This document shows, one piece after another, positions 1 through 9,733 of a DNA stretch of 64,000 bases; position 1 is the stretch's first letter, and each line of letters opens with the position of its first letter. The notes under the pieces are model-generated. The model made no database searches and was not told where the DNA came from. It saw nothing but the letters and a program-made list of their open reading frames with translations. Both the position numbers and the translations under genes were made by a program. The stretch spans positions 64,001 through 128,000 of the forward strand of contig JBBRCZ010000004.1 in the NCBI GenBank assembly GCA_038204425.1. The letters are read 5' to 3'. The DNA is from Spirochaetia bacterium (GTDB taxonomy: Bacteria > Spirochaetota > Spirochaetia > DSM-27196 > Salinispiraceae).

Positions 1-1668
1 GGCAGGTTAAAGTATATTCTATTTAATCTCATCACCGACCCTGTTCTCGTCATTGACGACCAAATGCGGGTAGTAATTCACAACCAGGCCGCGCTTAAAT
101 TCTTTCCACGTTGTGACATGCGCCAACACAGCCAGTTTTCCGACGTAGCCGAGCATATTAGCAATCGCCAAGTAGTTTTAAACATGGTTGCATTGGGTCT
201 GGAAGGCAAACGCGTTAAAAAAAACGTAGTTATGTTCATCAATGAACGTGAATATACTGGCGGGTTAACCGTAGAGCCGGGTCCCAAAACCACCAGTAGC
301 GAGCAACATAGACCTTGGGTTGTTTTGGTTTTTAAGGACAGCACCGCCTACCAACGGTTGCAAAAGCGCATGACGCAGGACGAGTTTTTTGACCGCAGCT
401 CAGGCCTACTCAATCGCCGCTCACTCGACATTGTGTTGGAAACAGAGTTAGAAAAGGCCAGCCGCTCAAGCAGCCGAGCCAAATTGGCGCTGATGATGAT
501 TCAGATCACCAACTTAGAAGGACTAAAACTGGCTTTTGGACCCAAAATTAGTAACATTATTTTTGAGCAAGTTGGCAACAACATTCGTGAGGCGCTACGA
601 CTGTCTGACATGATTTTTCATTACGACGACAACCGTATACTTGCCATTGTTACCCAGTTTGAATGGAAGAGCGATCTACTGATCGTGGCCGAAAGAGTGG
701 AGGATCAAATTGCGGTTCCTTTTCATCACCAAGAGACCGACATCCATCTGCGCGCGTGTATTGGCATCACCATTTTTCCTGAGGATGGTAGTGAGAAGGA
801 TCAACTGATTAGCAATTCCACAGCTGCCTTGGCCCAAGCCATAGAAATTGGCAAGCCATGGTTAATTTTTAACGACGATGTCCATCAACAAGCGCTTGAT
901 CGCCTGTTCTTGCGCAGTGGCTTAACTAAGGCTGTCAGAGAAAATGAGCTGCAGCTTCGCTACATGGCGTTGGTCAATGCCGAGGGCCAGATTTGCGGGG
1001 TAGAAGCCTTGGTGCGCTGGATGCATCCAGAGCGAGGGCTCTTGGGCCCAGACCAGTTTTTGCCGATAGCCATACATTCCCACATCATTGGGGCTTTGAC
1101 GCGCTGGGTTCTCTATCGTTTAATAGAAGACTATCAGAAGCACTTTAGTAAACTGGACATCTTCTGCACTTTTAATATCTCGGCGGTAGACTTGGAGGAC
1201 TTGTACCTGCCTATCAGTATCCAAACCGCCATCAAGGGCAAGATGGATCCATCCAAGATCAAGATAGAAATTACGGAAAGCGAATTTATGGAAAACTACG
1301 ATCGTGCGCAAACGGCCATAGAATCGTTTCGACAGCATGGTTTTGACGTCTTAATAGACGATTTTGGCGTCGGCAACTCGTCTCTGAGCTACCTCAAGGA
1401 TCTTTCCGCGCGTTATGCCAAAATTGACAAAAGCTTCTTGACCGATATTGTGGAATCAGCTTTAGAACTTGACTTTTTGCACCACATTGTTGCCTTGTGC
1501 AAAGTGCGCAACATAATAGTTCTTTTGGAGGGTATTGAAACCCAAGCTCAGTTTGAAAAACTCACCTCTAGCGGGGCAGACTTGTTTCAGGGTCATTTTT
1601 TTGGGACACCGATGACCGTCGAGGAACTAATGCGTCGTTTTGCCGAGCACAAAGTATTTAGCGACTAA
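1..1668 (+). CDS. PAS + degenerate GGDEF + EAL protein, probable c-di-GMP phosphodiesterase (5' end truncated by window)
   Basis: Frame is open from base 1 (GRLKYILFNLITDPVLVIDDQMRVVIHNQAA, PAS-like). GGDEF position reads HYDDNR. EAL motifs EALVRW, FNIS, EITESE, DDFGVGNSSL, KIDKSF, EGIET, QG are intact. Confidence 0.9.
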   Translation, partial: GRLKYILFNLITDPVLVIDDQMRVVIHNQAALKFFPRCDMRQHSQFSDVAEHISNRQVVLNMVALGLEGKRVKKNVVMFINEREYTGGLTVEPGPKTTSSEQHRPWVVLVFKDSTAYQRLQKRMTQDEFFDRSSGLLNRRSLDIVLETELEKASRSSSRAKLALMMIQITNLEGLKLAFGPKISNIIFEQVGNNIREALRLSDMIFHYDDNRILAIVTQFEWKSDLLIVAERVEDQIAVPFHHQETDIHLRACIGITIFPEDGSEKDQLISNSTAALAQAIEIGKPWLIFNDDVHQQALDRLFLRSGLTKAVRENELQLRYMALVNAEGQICGVEALVRWMHPERGLLGPDQFLPIAIHSHIIGALTRWVLYRLIEDYQKHFSKLDIFCTFNISAVDLEDLYLPISIQTAIKGKMDPSKIKIEITESEFMENYDRAQTAIESFRQHGFDVLIDDFGVGNSSLSYLKDLSARYAKIDKSFLTDIVESALELDFLHHIVALCKVRNIIVLLEGIETQAQFEKLTSSGADLFQGHFFGTPMTVEELMRRFAEHKVFSD

Positions 1669-1670
1669 AA

Positions 1671-2852
1671 CTAGCGCCGCAAGGGCGAATCCAGATTAAG
1701 GGCTTGGATTTGTTCTTGCTCTTGCTCATTTATTTGCGGCATATATTGAGAAAAGAGCGCATGAAAGTCTGGATTGTAATAGCGGTGGAAGCTACGCGTT
1801 TCTTCGGCCACAAAACCGCGCCTAATTTTGTGAGGACTGCCTGCGCCTGGGTCAAAGATTTCAATGCCTTCTTGGATACACCATTCGATTGGGCGATAAT
1901 AGCACAGCTCAAAATGCAAGTCGGGGTGGAACTCTTGAGTGCCCCAAAACCTGCCGTATAGATAGCCGTTGCCCCTAAACATAAACGTCATCGCCATCGG
2001 AACTTCGTCTGGACTTTCAAGTAGATTGGGGTTGCGCGAAGCCCAAGCAAAGACAATAAAGTCTGCACAGTCCACCACAGCACGGGCAAAAAACTCGTGA
2101 TTGAGAAAACGCGCCGCCCAAGGGCCAAACTGTTGGTTGGTTTGGTAGTAAAGTTCGGCCATGTGGGCGGCCCAAGCCTTGCGCTGCGGCTGGCTCAGTT
2201 GCTCCATGGTCACCACGCCTGTAAAGATACCTGCATCTTGTACAGACTGGCGCTCACGCTTAATATTGCGCCTTTGATTCTTGCCAAAGACGGCCAAATA
2301 ATCTTCAAAGTCTGACCACTGGCGATTGCGCCAGGCGTAGCGATGATGCGTCCAGGCCAGCATATTTTGATCTTCAAGTGCACTTTCCATCGTGCGCTCA
2401 ACAAAAAGGGCGTGCAGCGAATGGCAGCCGAGTTGCGAGACCCGTTGTTGCAGTTGCGTCAAAATAACAAGTGACAGTTCTTCTCGTCTTGTTTCGTCTG
2501 CCATCAAAAAGCGGTAGTCAGCACTTGGTGTAGCAGGAATAGTTGCCACCAGTTTTGGGTAGTACGTCTGTCCCATCTGTTTGGCCAGGTCAGCCCAAGC
2601 AAAATCGTAGACATAGTCACCCCAGCTATTGCTGCGACCATAGGCTACTGCGGCTGCCACAAGGCTGCCGTCACCCTCACGCACCAAGAGGTGACTTGCA
2701 TGCCAACCAGTGCTTGGCGCGATGCTGCCAGAAAGCTCCATGGCAGCAAGCCAACCATGTCGATGGCAAGGGCTGGTTTGCTTTCCAAGCAGGCTGTCCC
2801 ATTCGCTTGCTGCAACTTGGGCGATACTATCTAACCATTGAAATTGCAGCAT
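1671..2852 (-). CDS. GNAT / FemAB-like family protein (DUF482 / COG3146 type)
   Basis: SWGDYVYDFAWA, YYPKL, RRNIKRER, LYGRFWG, LHFELCYY, PGAGSPHKIRRGF motifs. Confidence 0.88.
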   Translation of the reverse strand: MLQFQWLDSIAQVAASEWDSLLGKQTSPCHRHGWLAAMELSGSIAPSTGWHASHLLVREGDGSLVAAAVAYGRSNSWGDYVYDFAWADLAKQMGQTYYPKLVATIPATPSADYRFLMADETRREELSLVILTQLQQRVSQLGCHSLHALFVERTMESALEDQNMLAWTHHRYAWRNRQWSDFEDYLAVFGKNQRRNIKRERQSVQDAGIFTGVVTMEQLSQPQRKAWAAHMAELYYQTNQQFGPWAARFLNHEFFARAVVDCADFIVFAWASRNPNLLESPDEVPMAMTFMFRGNGYLYGRFWGTQEFHPDLHFELCYYRPIEWCIQEGIEIFDPGAGSPHKIRRGFVAEETRSFHRYYNPDFHALFSQYMPQINEQEQEQIQALNLDSPLRR

Positions 2853-2869
2853 ATTTTTTTCCGTTTATC

Positions 2870-5800
2870 CTAGCCAAAAATCTCGTCGATAGTCAGGCGA
2901 TAGGAAAGATCTTTTAGGAACTCCCCAAATTTGTTTATAAAGACGATGCTGACCTGCAGATCTTCTTGGGCACCTTCTGCCACAATCAAAATATTGTTGA
3001 CGCCTTTGTTGAGAGGAGCATCCTCCAACTTGCTGGCCTTTTGTATGCTGGGGCCAACTTGACCAATATATCGGTCAGAAATCCAAATGCGAGCGTTGCA
3101 GTTGCAGCTTATCAAGAGGTCAGGGGTAATAGTTGGGTCGGGCAAAGAATTTTCTTCGCGCTCAAAGTTGTTGCGGTTGACCGGCGACTGGACATAGGCT
3201 GTCATCAATACTGTCTTTCCAGCGCTGGCTTTGGCGGTCAACCATCCGTCAGTTTTAAAGATTCGCGACATCCAACCATAAAGTCCCTCCCCGAGGTTGT
3301 TGAGCTTGTAATCACGACTCTTGTAATAGGCAATCATCTCATCCAAAGCGTAGGTGCTGCTATGCTCAAGCGCCATTACGGCAGGTATCGCAAAGTCAGC
3401 GTCGCTCTTGATCTTTTGTAAGAATCGCAACTGGCTACTTAAGCCAGCATTGTACAAAAGTCTGCCAAAAAATCGCGCTACCCGCGGGTTGTCATCGGGC
3501 AAAACCTGACAGATTATTAGTGAGCCCTTGCCAATTTTGACCTCGGCCCCATATTTTGCACCAACAAAATCTTCGGCCAACTTGTTGGTGATGCCCGCAA
3601 TCTTGAGGGCTTCCATGTCAACGCCCTGGACATACATTTTTTCCCAAGGGTTATGAAGTGAGGTCAAAAAATACTCAGCGTCTTCTACTACCAGGGCGTG
3701 GCTGGCAATCAAGCGATTAGTTTTGGAAAAAATGTATGTCACACGGTCGAGGCCGTAAACGTCAGTTGTACAAACACCATTAACCAGTGGGTGTTCTTCT
3801 ACATCCACCTGGTAAACAGGCTGAGGAAAAATCTTTACTATTTTTTGTGCAAGTTCGCTTAAGATCGTCGAGTCTAGGGCCTGTGCACCAAAAACCACTA
3901 GGCTTGCACCTTGACTTATCTGACTGTGCAAGGTTTTGATGTCCAGCTGCGCAAGATCTTGTGCTGCCAGAACTGCAACACAATCGCCATGTATTTGACT
4001 TTGCTGGCCCTTTGCCTGAACAAACTCAGCAAGGACTGAACTAAGACCAGCTACATCGCCCGCCAGGTTAAGGCCCAAACGAGCAGGCCTTGCGCGGTAG
4101 TCAAGTGCGTAAGCAAGCATGTTTCTAAACAGCCAGGCTGCTTGTGGTGCACTATCAATAAATGAGCAGATGCCAAGCTGACAAAGTATCAGACTACCTT
4201 TTCCATGCTTGACTTCCAAAAGACTCGACCAATCCAAACCACCATTGCCAAAATCACCCTCGCCGCATTCCAGCAGTATCGAGATAGCGCCTGATTGTGG
4301 TTTCTCAAAAGCATTGTTAGTAAGGTAGCGGCAGTCTGGGTAGTTTGGGTTGAGAGTATCCCAAAGCATAAAATCATCTTCACTCATGCCTGCAAAAATC
4401 GGATGTTGGTAGTCCAAGACAAAGGAACTAAAGAACTTGCGACCAGAAAGTACTGCCTCGCCGGGGGCAAAGTAGGACTGCTCAAGAACAACAATGCTTC
4501 CACCCTGCTCTAAAAAATCCTCCATCAAGGGTTGGCAGGCATCATAGGCTTCTGCAAATTCTGGTCCAACAATAATCACCTGCGGCTTGGCGTCACTGGC
4601 AGCAGCAAAGCTTTGAAAGGGTTCAATGCCTGCACAAACTTGAGCCAAACGCTGCAAGTCTGATTTATTGCCCACAAAGCCGATGCGTTTGCCACTATAA
4701 CAACTGTCCAGAGCAATCTGTCGAGGATAGACGTGATATTCAAATTGCATGTCGTCAATTTTTTTGCCCTGATGCAAAAGGTCAAAGCGGAGCACAAAGG
4801 TTTGCGGCACGGTAGTTTCAAAATTAAAGTCAAAAGATACCTTCTCAAATGTCCCTGCTTCTTGTTCAAACTTCTTTTTCTGCTTAAAAATCAGCCTGCC
4901 GTTGGCGTTCTTTACTTCCAGCCTAAGCTCGGTTTGGCTGGTGCCAAAGGTGTCGTTAAAGACATTAAAGTGCCGGGTGTTGGGTCCGGCGTAAAGCCGA
5001 GTATTGTATTGTGCAGGCGTAATTAGCACGGCAGCAAATGCAGGAGTACAAGCGTAAAACGAGGCGTTAGGTACCATAAAAGGTTTGTCTGGCACAAAAC
5101 CATTTGGCACCGTTAGCGAGCGTTTGCGTACTATTTTTGGCTTAGGGCCGGGGGTATCGAGTGCCTTGTGCTTGAGATGAATGTCTTGGTCCGGAAACGC
5201 GTAAAGCATGTAATTGATCATATTAAACGGACCGAGTCCGCTTACTTCCTGCTCGCGAGCGTACTCAAGAAAATGCCTCTCGGTCATACCGATGGTATAC
5301 ATTGCATCTTCAAAATTGCGGTAGGCCCGTGGGCCGGCGTATTCGGTCCCTACCACTGGTGAAACATAGTGCCACTTGCCGTGCTCACCAAAAGTCAACG
5401 GTTTTTCTTTGTTCCAACCCGAAACGGTACCGTCAATATTGTAATGCATCGATACAACTTCCATCTGCTCTTCGGTGAGCAGTCGATTGTCGCCGTCGCA
5501 GGAGACCAAGCGACTGGGATCAAGTGAATGCATGAGCGCCATAAACTCAGGAATGTACTGTTTATAAGTGTCGGCGCCGTCCACCCAACGCATTTCGTTT
5601 TGCAGACTCCACATAACGATACAGGGGTGGTTGCGATCGCGTCTAACAAATCTATGCAAGTGTTCTCTACAATTGTTAATAAACTCAGCATTGTCAGCAA
5701 TCATGTACTTGGACGAACCGTAAATGGCGCTCTCATCTATGATTAGCATGCCCATTTCGTCGGCAACATCATAGAACAAACTTGGGTAAGGCATGCCGTG

Positions 5801-6844
5801 CAGCCGTACCGAATTGGCGCCGGTCTGCTTGCAAAGCGTATACCAACTCTTGGCGTACTCGCGTGTTTGACAAGCGTGCCCTTGGTAATGCCAACTGTCG
5901 CCACGCAAATTTATGCGCTTACCGTTTAAAAAGAGCTTGTGTTTTTGGTTCCATATTTCTCTAAATCCAAAGCGCTCGGTCATACGATCCAACAAGATCT
6001 CATCTTCAAACAACTCAAGCTGCAGATGATAGAGGTTTGGATTTTCTATGTCCCACAGTTTTGGGTTTCCCCAATCCTGCTCTAAACACGTTTTAGCACC
6101 GGATATTCTGCTTTTAAAGGTCAAAACTGTTTTTTTGCCATCCAAAACCTTAGCTACGATGCGATATTTTTTATTGCTTGCTGCATCGATCTTAAAAGCT
6201 TGGTCGGAATTGCCACTGTCCGCAAGCGCCACGTCGACAATCAGCTTGGAAGTTCTAAAGCGTGTTTCAATCCTTGCTTCACTAAAGTGCTTATTTGGTA
6301 TGTAGCGCAGCCAGGCGTCCTGCCAAATACCCAAGGACATCCACGAAAACCAAGTGCCATCGGGCGCAATTCGGCGCTTACCATATGGTGTTTCGACTGT
6401 CTCATAAGATCCACACCAAACAAGCAGTTCTATCTCTTGTTCGTCGTGGCTAAGCTGCTCAGTGATATCTATCGAAAGAGGCATAAAAGCTTCAGCTGTC
6501 GCCAGCATAAGCTTATTGTTGACGTAAATTTTAGAACGTTGAAAAACGGCGTCAAGGACAATCACGGTACGCATGTCGTTAAGTTTTTTGACTAAGAGTT
6601 TACGCCCGATGATGCCACTCTTTGCTTGGTTCCATGCCGCTGGATAGTCAAAAATGTTAAAAAAGTCTTTTTCTTCGGGAGTTTTGACGGCCATATCAAC
6701 GTTATAGAGCTGATAACGTGCAGAAGATGGTACAAAAATAGGCACAGTATCCCAGACAGGACTGGCCAAACTGTCGGCCGGTTGACTGTCATCGTAGATG
6801 GGTGCAAATCGCCATTGACCATTGATACAAATATTCTGTCTCAT
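2870..6844 (-). CDS. Glycoside hydrolase family 2 (beta-galactosidase/glucuronidase-like) with long C-terminal extension
   Basis: PKLWDIENPNLY, FGFREI, LNGKRINLRG, RDRNHPCIVMWSLQNE (acid/base Glu), TFGEHG (putative nucleophile). No obvious signal peptide. Confidence 0.9.
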   Translation of the reverse strand: MRQNICINGQWRFAPIYDDSQPADSLASPVWDTVPIFVPSSARYQLYNVDMAVKTPEEKDFFNIFDYPAAWNQAKSGIIGRKLLVKKLNDMRTVIVLDAVFQRSKIYVNNKLMLATAEAFMPLSIDITEQLSHDEQEIELLVWCGSYETVETPYGKRRIAPDGTWFSWMSLGIWQDAWLRYIPNKHFSEARIETRFRTSKLIVDVALADSGNSDQAFKIDAASNKKYRIVAKVLDGKKTVLTFKSRISGAKTCLEQDWGNPKLWDIENPNLYHLQLELFEDEILLDRMTERFGFREIWNQKHKLFLNGKRINLRGDSWHYQGHACQTREYAKSWYTLCKQTGANSVRLHGMPYPSLFYDVADEMGMLIIDESAIYGSSKYMIADNAEFINNCREHLHRFVRRDRNHPCIVMWSLQNEMRWVDGADTYKQYIPEFMALMHSLDPSRLVSCDGDNRLLTEEQMEVVSMHYNIDGTVSGWNKEKPLTFGEHGKWHYVSPVVGTEYAGPRAYRNFEDAMYTIGMTERHFLEYAREQEVSGLGPFNMINYMLYAFPDQDIHLKHKALDTPGPKPKIVRKRSLTVPNGFVPDKPFMVPNASFYACTPAFAAVLITPAQYNTRLYAGPNTRHFNVFNDTFGTSQTELRLEVKNANGRLIFKQKKKFEQEAGTFEKVSFDFNFETTVPQTFVLRFDLLHQGKKIDDMQFEYHVYPRQIALDSCYSGKRIGFVGNKSDLQRLAQVCAGIEPFQSFAAASDAKPQVIIVGPEFAEAYDACQPLMEDFLEQGGSIVVLEQSYFAPGEAVLSGRKFFSSFVLDYQHPIFAGMSEDDFMLWDTLNPNYPDCRYLTNNAFEKPQSGAISILLECGEGDFGNGGLDWSSLLEVKHGKGSLILCQLGICSFIDSAPQAAWLFRNMLAYALDYRARPARLGLNLAGDVAGLSSVLAEFVQAKGQQSQIHGDCVAVLAAQDLAQLDIKTLHSQISQGASLVVFGAQALDSTILSELAQKIVKIFPQPVYQVDVEEHPLVNGVCTTDVYGLDRVTYIFSKTNRLIASHALVVEDAEYFLTSLHNPWEKMYVQGVDMEALKIAGITNKLAEDFVGAKYGAEVKIGKGSLIICQVLPDDNPRVARFFGRLLYNAGLSSQLRFLQKIKSDADFAIPAVMALEHSSTYALDEMIAYYKSRDYKLNNLGEGLYGWMSRIFKTDGWLTAKASAGKTVLMTAYVQSPVNRNNFEREENSLPDPTITPDLLISCNCNARIWISDRYIGQVGPSIQKASKLEDAPLNKGVNNILIVAEGAQEDLQVSIVFINKFGEFLKDLSYRLTIDEIFG

Positions 6845-6982
6845 GAACTGTCCTTGCTTGATGATCTGTCCACAAAGGAATTTTCATCTCTGCGAGAATA
6901 CTGCATTAGCGTTCTTGTTGCAAGAAATCAGTGCCCAAAGTAAGGCTTGATGAAGCAAGAGAAAGCCGTCCATAATCAGGCC

Positions 6983-8299
6983 ATGTGCTCTAAGTTGTCA
7001 ATTGCGCTTGTGGGGTTCTTAGTTCTCAGCTGTGGCTCACTAGACTCTCCAGAAGTGCACCCTGAACGTCTGCTTATTTTTGTTGCCAACGGCGCGGGCT
7101 TTTACCATATGGATGCAGCGAGTATCTTTAAAACAGGCCACGTAAAAGGGCTTATTTTTGAACAATTTCCTACAAGGCTCGCAATGAGCACGTACGCTTA
7201 CGGCGGCTCATATGACTCCAAGCGCGCTTGGTCAGACTTTAACTATCTTAAGGAAGGTGCAGGCGACTCCGCGGCTGCATCAACGGCTTTAGCTAGCGGA
7301 GTAAAAACCCATCGAGCTTTTGTGGGCGTGTCACCAGACGGACAAGCCACAAGAAACCTATTGGAGAAAACTTACCGCAGTTATCGTTCGGCTGGCATTG
7401 TCAGCAACGAATCCTTTGTAAACGCAGGAATTGCTGCCTTTGCAGTCCACAATAGGTCAGGCAATTCCTACCATGAGATCAGTAACGCGCTAATAAACAA
7501 GAGTCTTGCCACGGTCGTCATTGGTGCAGGTAATCCTTGGTTCGATGATCGATGGAACAAGAAACTTGACCATGCTGTTTTTGGCTACCTAAGCCAGCAA
7601 GATTGGCAAAACTTAGCCGATGGAGTTGCGGGTAACGACCTAGATCGAGACGGTCAAGGCGACCCCTGGGATTTGGTCGAAAGCAAGAAAGATTTTGAGC
7701 GTATTGCAGAAGGAACTGAAGTTCCAGACAGACTTTTTGGCATCATCCAAGCTCAATCCAGCTTGAACCGTAACCGACCCGGCAACGCTTTTGCTGCCCC
7801 CTACAAAGTTGCTCGCAATGCTCAGCTGCCCACCCTGGCAACGCTGTGCCTTGCAGCTTTGGAAGTCTTGGACAAAAATCCGCGCGGATTTACTTTGGTG
7901 GTCGAGGCCGCTTCAATAGACTTTGCCAGCCATGCTAATCAGTCTGGCCGCATGATTGAAGAATTGTTAGCCTTAGAAGAGGCAGTTCAGGAAAGTCTTG
8001 CATGGCTGGCCACAAGAGATTACCTCAAGACCAGTCTGGTTGTGGTGCTTGGCGACCATGAGACCGGTCACCTAAGCGGCCAAAAAGGCAAACACGGGCC
8101 AATCCAAAGCCATGGCAAGGGCGAGCAGCCCAAACTCTTTTGGCATTCTTATGAACACACTAACTCCTTGGTTCCGATCTATGCCATTGGCATTGGTGCC
8201 AAGGCATTTCTATCCTTGCCAAGCCGGAGAGACCAACAATATGGTAGTTTTGTCGACAATACTCAGGTGGGCAAACTTTTTTCCGAACTTATACAATAG
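6983..8299 (+). CDS. Alkaline phosphatase family lipoprotein
   Basis: DSAAASTA catalytic Ser, VEAASIDFASHAN, GDHETG, HTNSLVP. Lipobox LVLSC after the ATG at 6983; start is uncertain (ORF opens at 6947). Confidence 0.85.
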   Translation: MCSKLSIALVGFLVLSCGSLDSPEVHPERLLIFVANGAGFYHMDAASIFKTGHVKGLIFEQFPTRLAMSTYAYGGSYDSKRAWSDFNYLKEGAGDSAAASTALASGVKTHRAFVGVSPDGQATRNLLEKTYRSYRSAGIVSNESFVNAGIAAFAVHNRSGNSYHEISNALINKSLATVVIGAGNPWFDDRWNKKLDHAVFGYLSQQDWQNLADGVAGNDLDRDGQGDPWDLVESKKDFERIAEGTEVPDRLFGIIQAQSSLNRNRPGNAFAAPYKVARNAQLPTLATLCLAALEVLDKNPRGFTLVVEAASIDFASHANQSGRMIEELLALEEAVQESLAWLATRDYLKTSLVVVLGDHETGHLSGQKGKHGPIQSHGKGEQPKLFWHSYEHTNSLVPIYAIGIGAKAFLSLPSRRDQQYGSFVDNTQVGKLFSELIQ

Positions 8300-9612
8300 A
8301 GATTCTTGCAATAATCAATCAAACCAGCGTCGAGGCTACGCAATAGCTCTCCATACTCTTCCCGGGGCGCCAAAAGACTTATGACGAGACTTAGATGACG
8401 ATCTTCTTCAGCATCATCGCTGTCCGAAAAGTAACCGTAGTACCAAGCTGGGTGCAGGCTTAGCTTGTGTTTTTTTAGAAGGAAGATGGCGAGTTTTTCG
8501 TCCTCGGGAATGCCATCCGACTCGGATGATGCTTGACTATTTATGTGCGACAAACGCAAGTACTGTCCTCCTAGGGTCAAAACCACATGGATTCCGGCTT
8601 GCGGCGCATGGAAGGTCCAACCACAGCTATGACCAGGCTTAATCTTGATAAGATGTTCTCGATTGGACGAGAGCGACACTAGCAAGCTGCGCACAAAGTC
8701 GCCATAGTCGGCAAAAAATCGGACCAACGCAAATTGAACAAAGCTGTTTGCATTGAGAAACGTATCATTGCGTAACTCAAGCGCTGAGATCATATCTTCT
8801 TGGTCTGGAAAACCCAGAGCTGGCTTTTGACCCGGCTGACCGTACGATAAAGCAATCCATGCCAATTTTAAATCGGGCGAGGCAAAGAGCTTAGATACAC
8901 CATTGAGCGTAAAGACAGGAACTCCAGGTGAATACGCCGCCGGACGCGGAAGTTTCTTGGCCGCATTGCCATAGATAAACTCAGAAAAGACTTCATCGCA
9001 AATTATCATTACCTTTTCTCGCTTGCAGATCTTCAATAAGTTCTTGAGTGTCTTTTCTGAAACCAGACTTCCGCATGGATTGTTTGGCGAGATGAGCACC
9101 AAAAACTTGGTCCGACGGTCTATCAAAACATCAACAAGGTCGCAGTCGATCTCCCAGTTTTTGTGTGCATTAAGTGGGTAGTAGCGCGTCTCGAGGCTCG
9201 AGTAGTCCGCTAAGTCATCAAACAACGGGTAGCCAGGTTGCGGTAAGAGCACATTGTCGCCGGGCTTGGTCAAAACAGAAAACAGCAAGTGATAACTCTC
9301 AGAGCAAGAAGCTGTTATAAGAATGTTTTCTGGATCAATGGCTACCCGACAGCCTGGACTCACCGGGCCACCGTCTTTGTAGAACTGAGCTATCGCCTGT
9401 CGCGCTGCAAGCAATCCTTTGCTTTCTGGCTGATAACGCCGCTGTGCAAGATAGTCTTGCATGGCGAGCATAAGTGTTTGGGCAGGGGGCACAAAACCAG
9501 CCGCATGAAAGTTTCCTTGGACTAAATCTCGATATTGGCTCTTGGTGTCTGGGCCTTCTTGATTACTGTCGCCGTCCAAAGCTTGGCGCACTTGTTCCAA
9601 ATTTAGAGCCAT
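8263..9612 (-). CDS. PLP-dependent aminotransferase class I/II
   Basis: PGYPLF, SPNNPCG, DEVFSEF, NGVSKLFASPDLKLAW (PLP Lys). Overlaps the convergent phosphatase gene by 37 bp. Confidence 0.88.
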   Translation of the reverse strand: MALNLEQVRQALDGDSNQEGPDTKSQYRDLVQGNFHAAGFVPPAQTLMLAMQDYLAQRRYQPESKGLLAARQAIAQFYKDGGPVSPGCRVAIDPENILITASCSESYHLLFSVLTKPGDNVLLPQPGYPLFDDLADYSSLETRYYPLNAHKNWEIDCDLVDVLIDRRTKFLVLISPNNPCGSLVSEKTLKNLLKICKREKVMIICDEVFSEFIYGNAAKKLPRPAAYSPGVPVFTLNGVSKLFASPDLKLAWIALSYGQPGQKPALGFPDQEDMISALELRNDTFLNANSFVQFALVRFFADYGDFVRSLLVSLSSNREHLIKIKPGHSCGWTFHAPQAGIHVVLTLGGQYLRLSHINSQASSESDGIPEDEKLAIFLLKKHKLSLHPAWYYGYFSDSDDAEEDRHLSLVISLLAPREEYGELLRSLDAGLIDYCKNLYCISSEKSLPT

Positions 9613-9670
9613 AGTTTGGGATCCTTCTCAATTGCTCTTGCTATTCTTGTTGATGCGTAGCTAACTTAGA

Positions 9671-9691
9671 TAGTAGCAATTTTTGCAACTA
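9671..9691. promoter_or_regulatory. Palindromic operator-like site
   Basis: TAGTAGCAA-TTT-TTGCAACTA (one mismatch) in a divergent intergenic region. Confidence 0.45.
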
Positions 9692-9733
9692 CTTTTGCAA
9701 GTAGCTACGACCAAGTAAGTCAAGGAGCTAACC

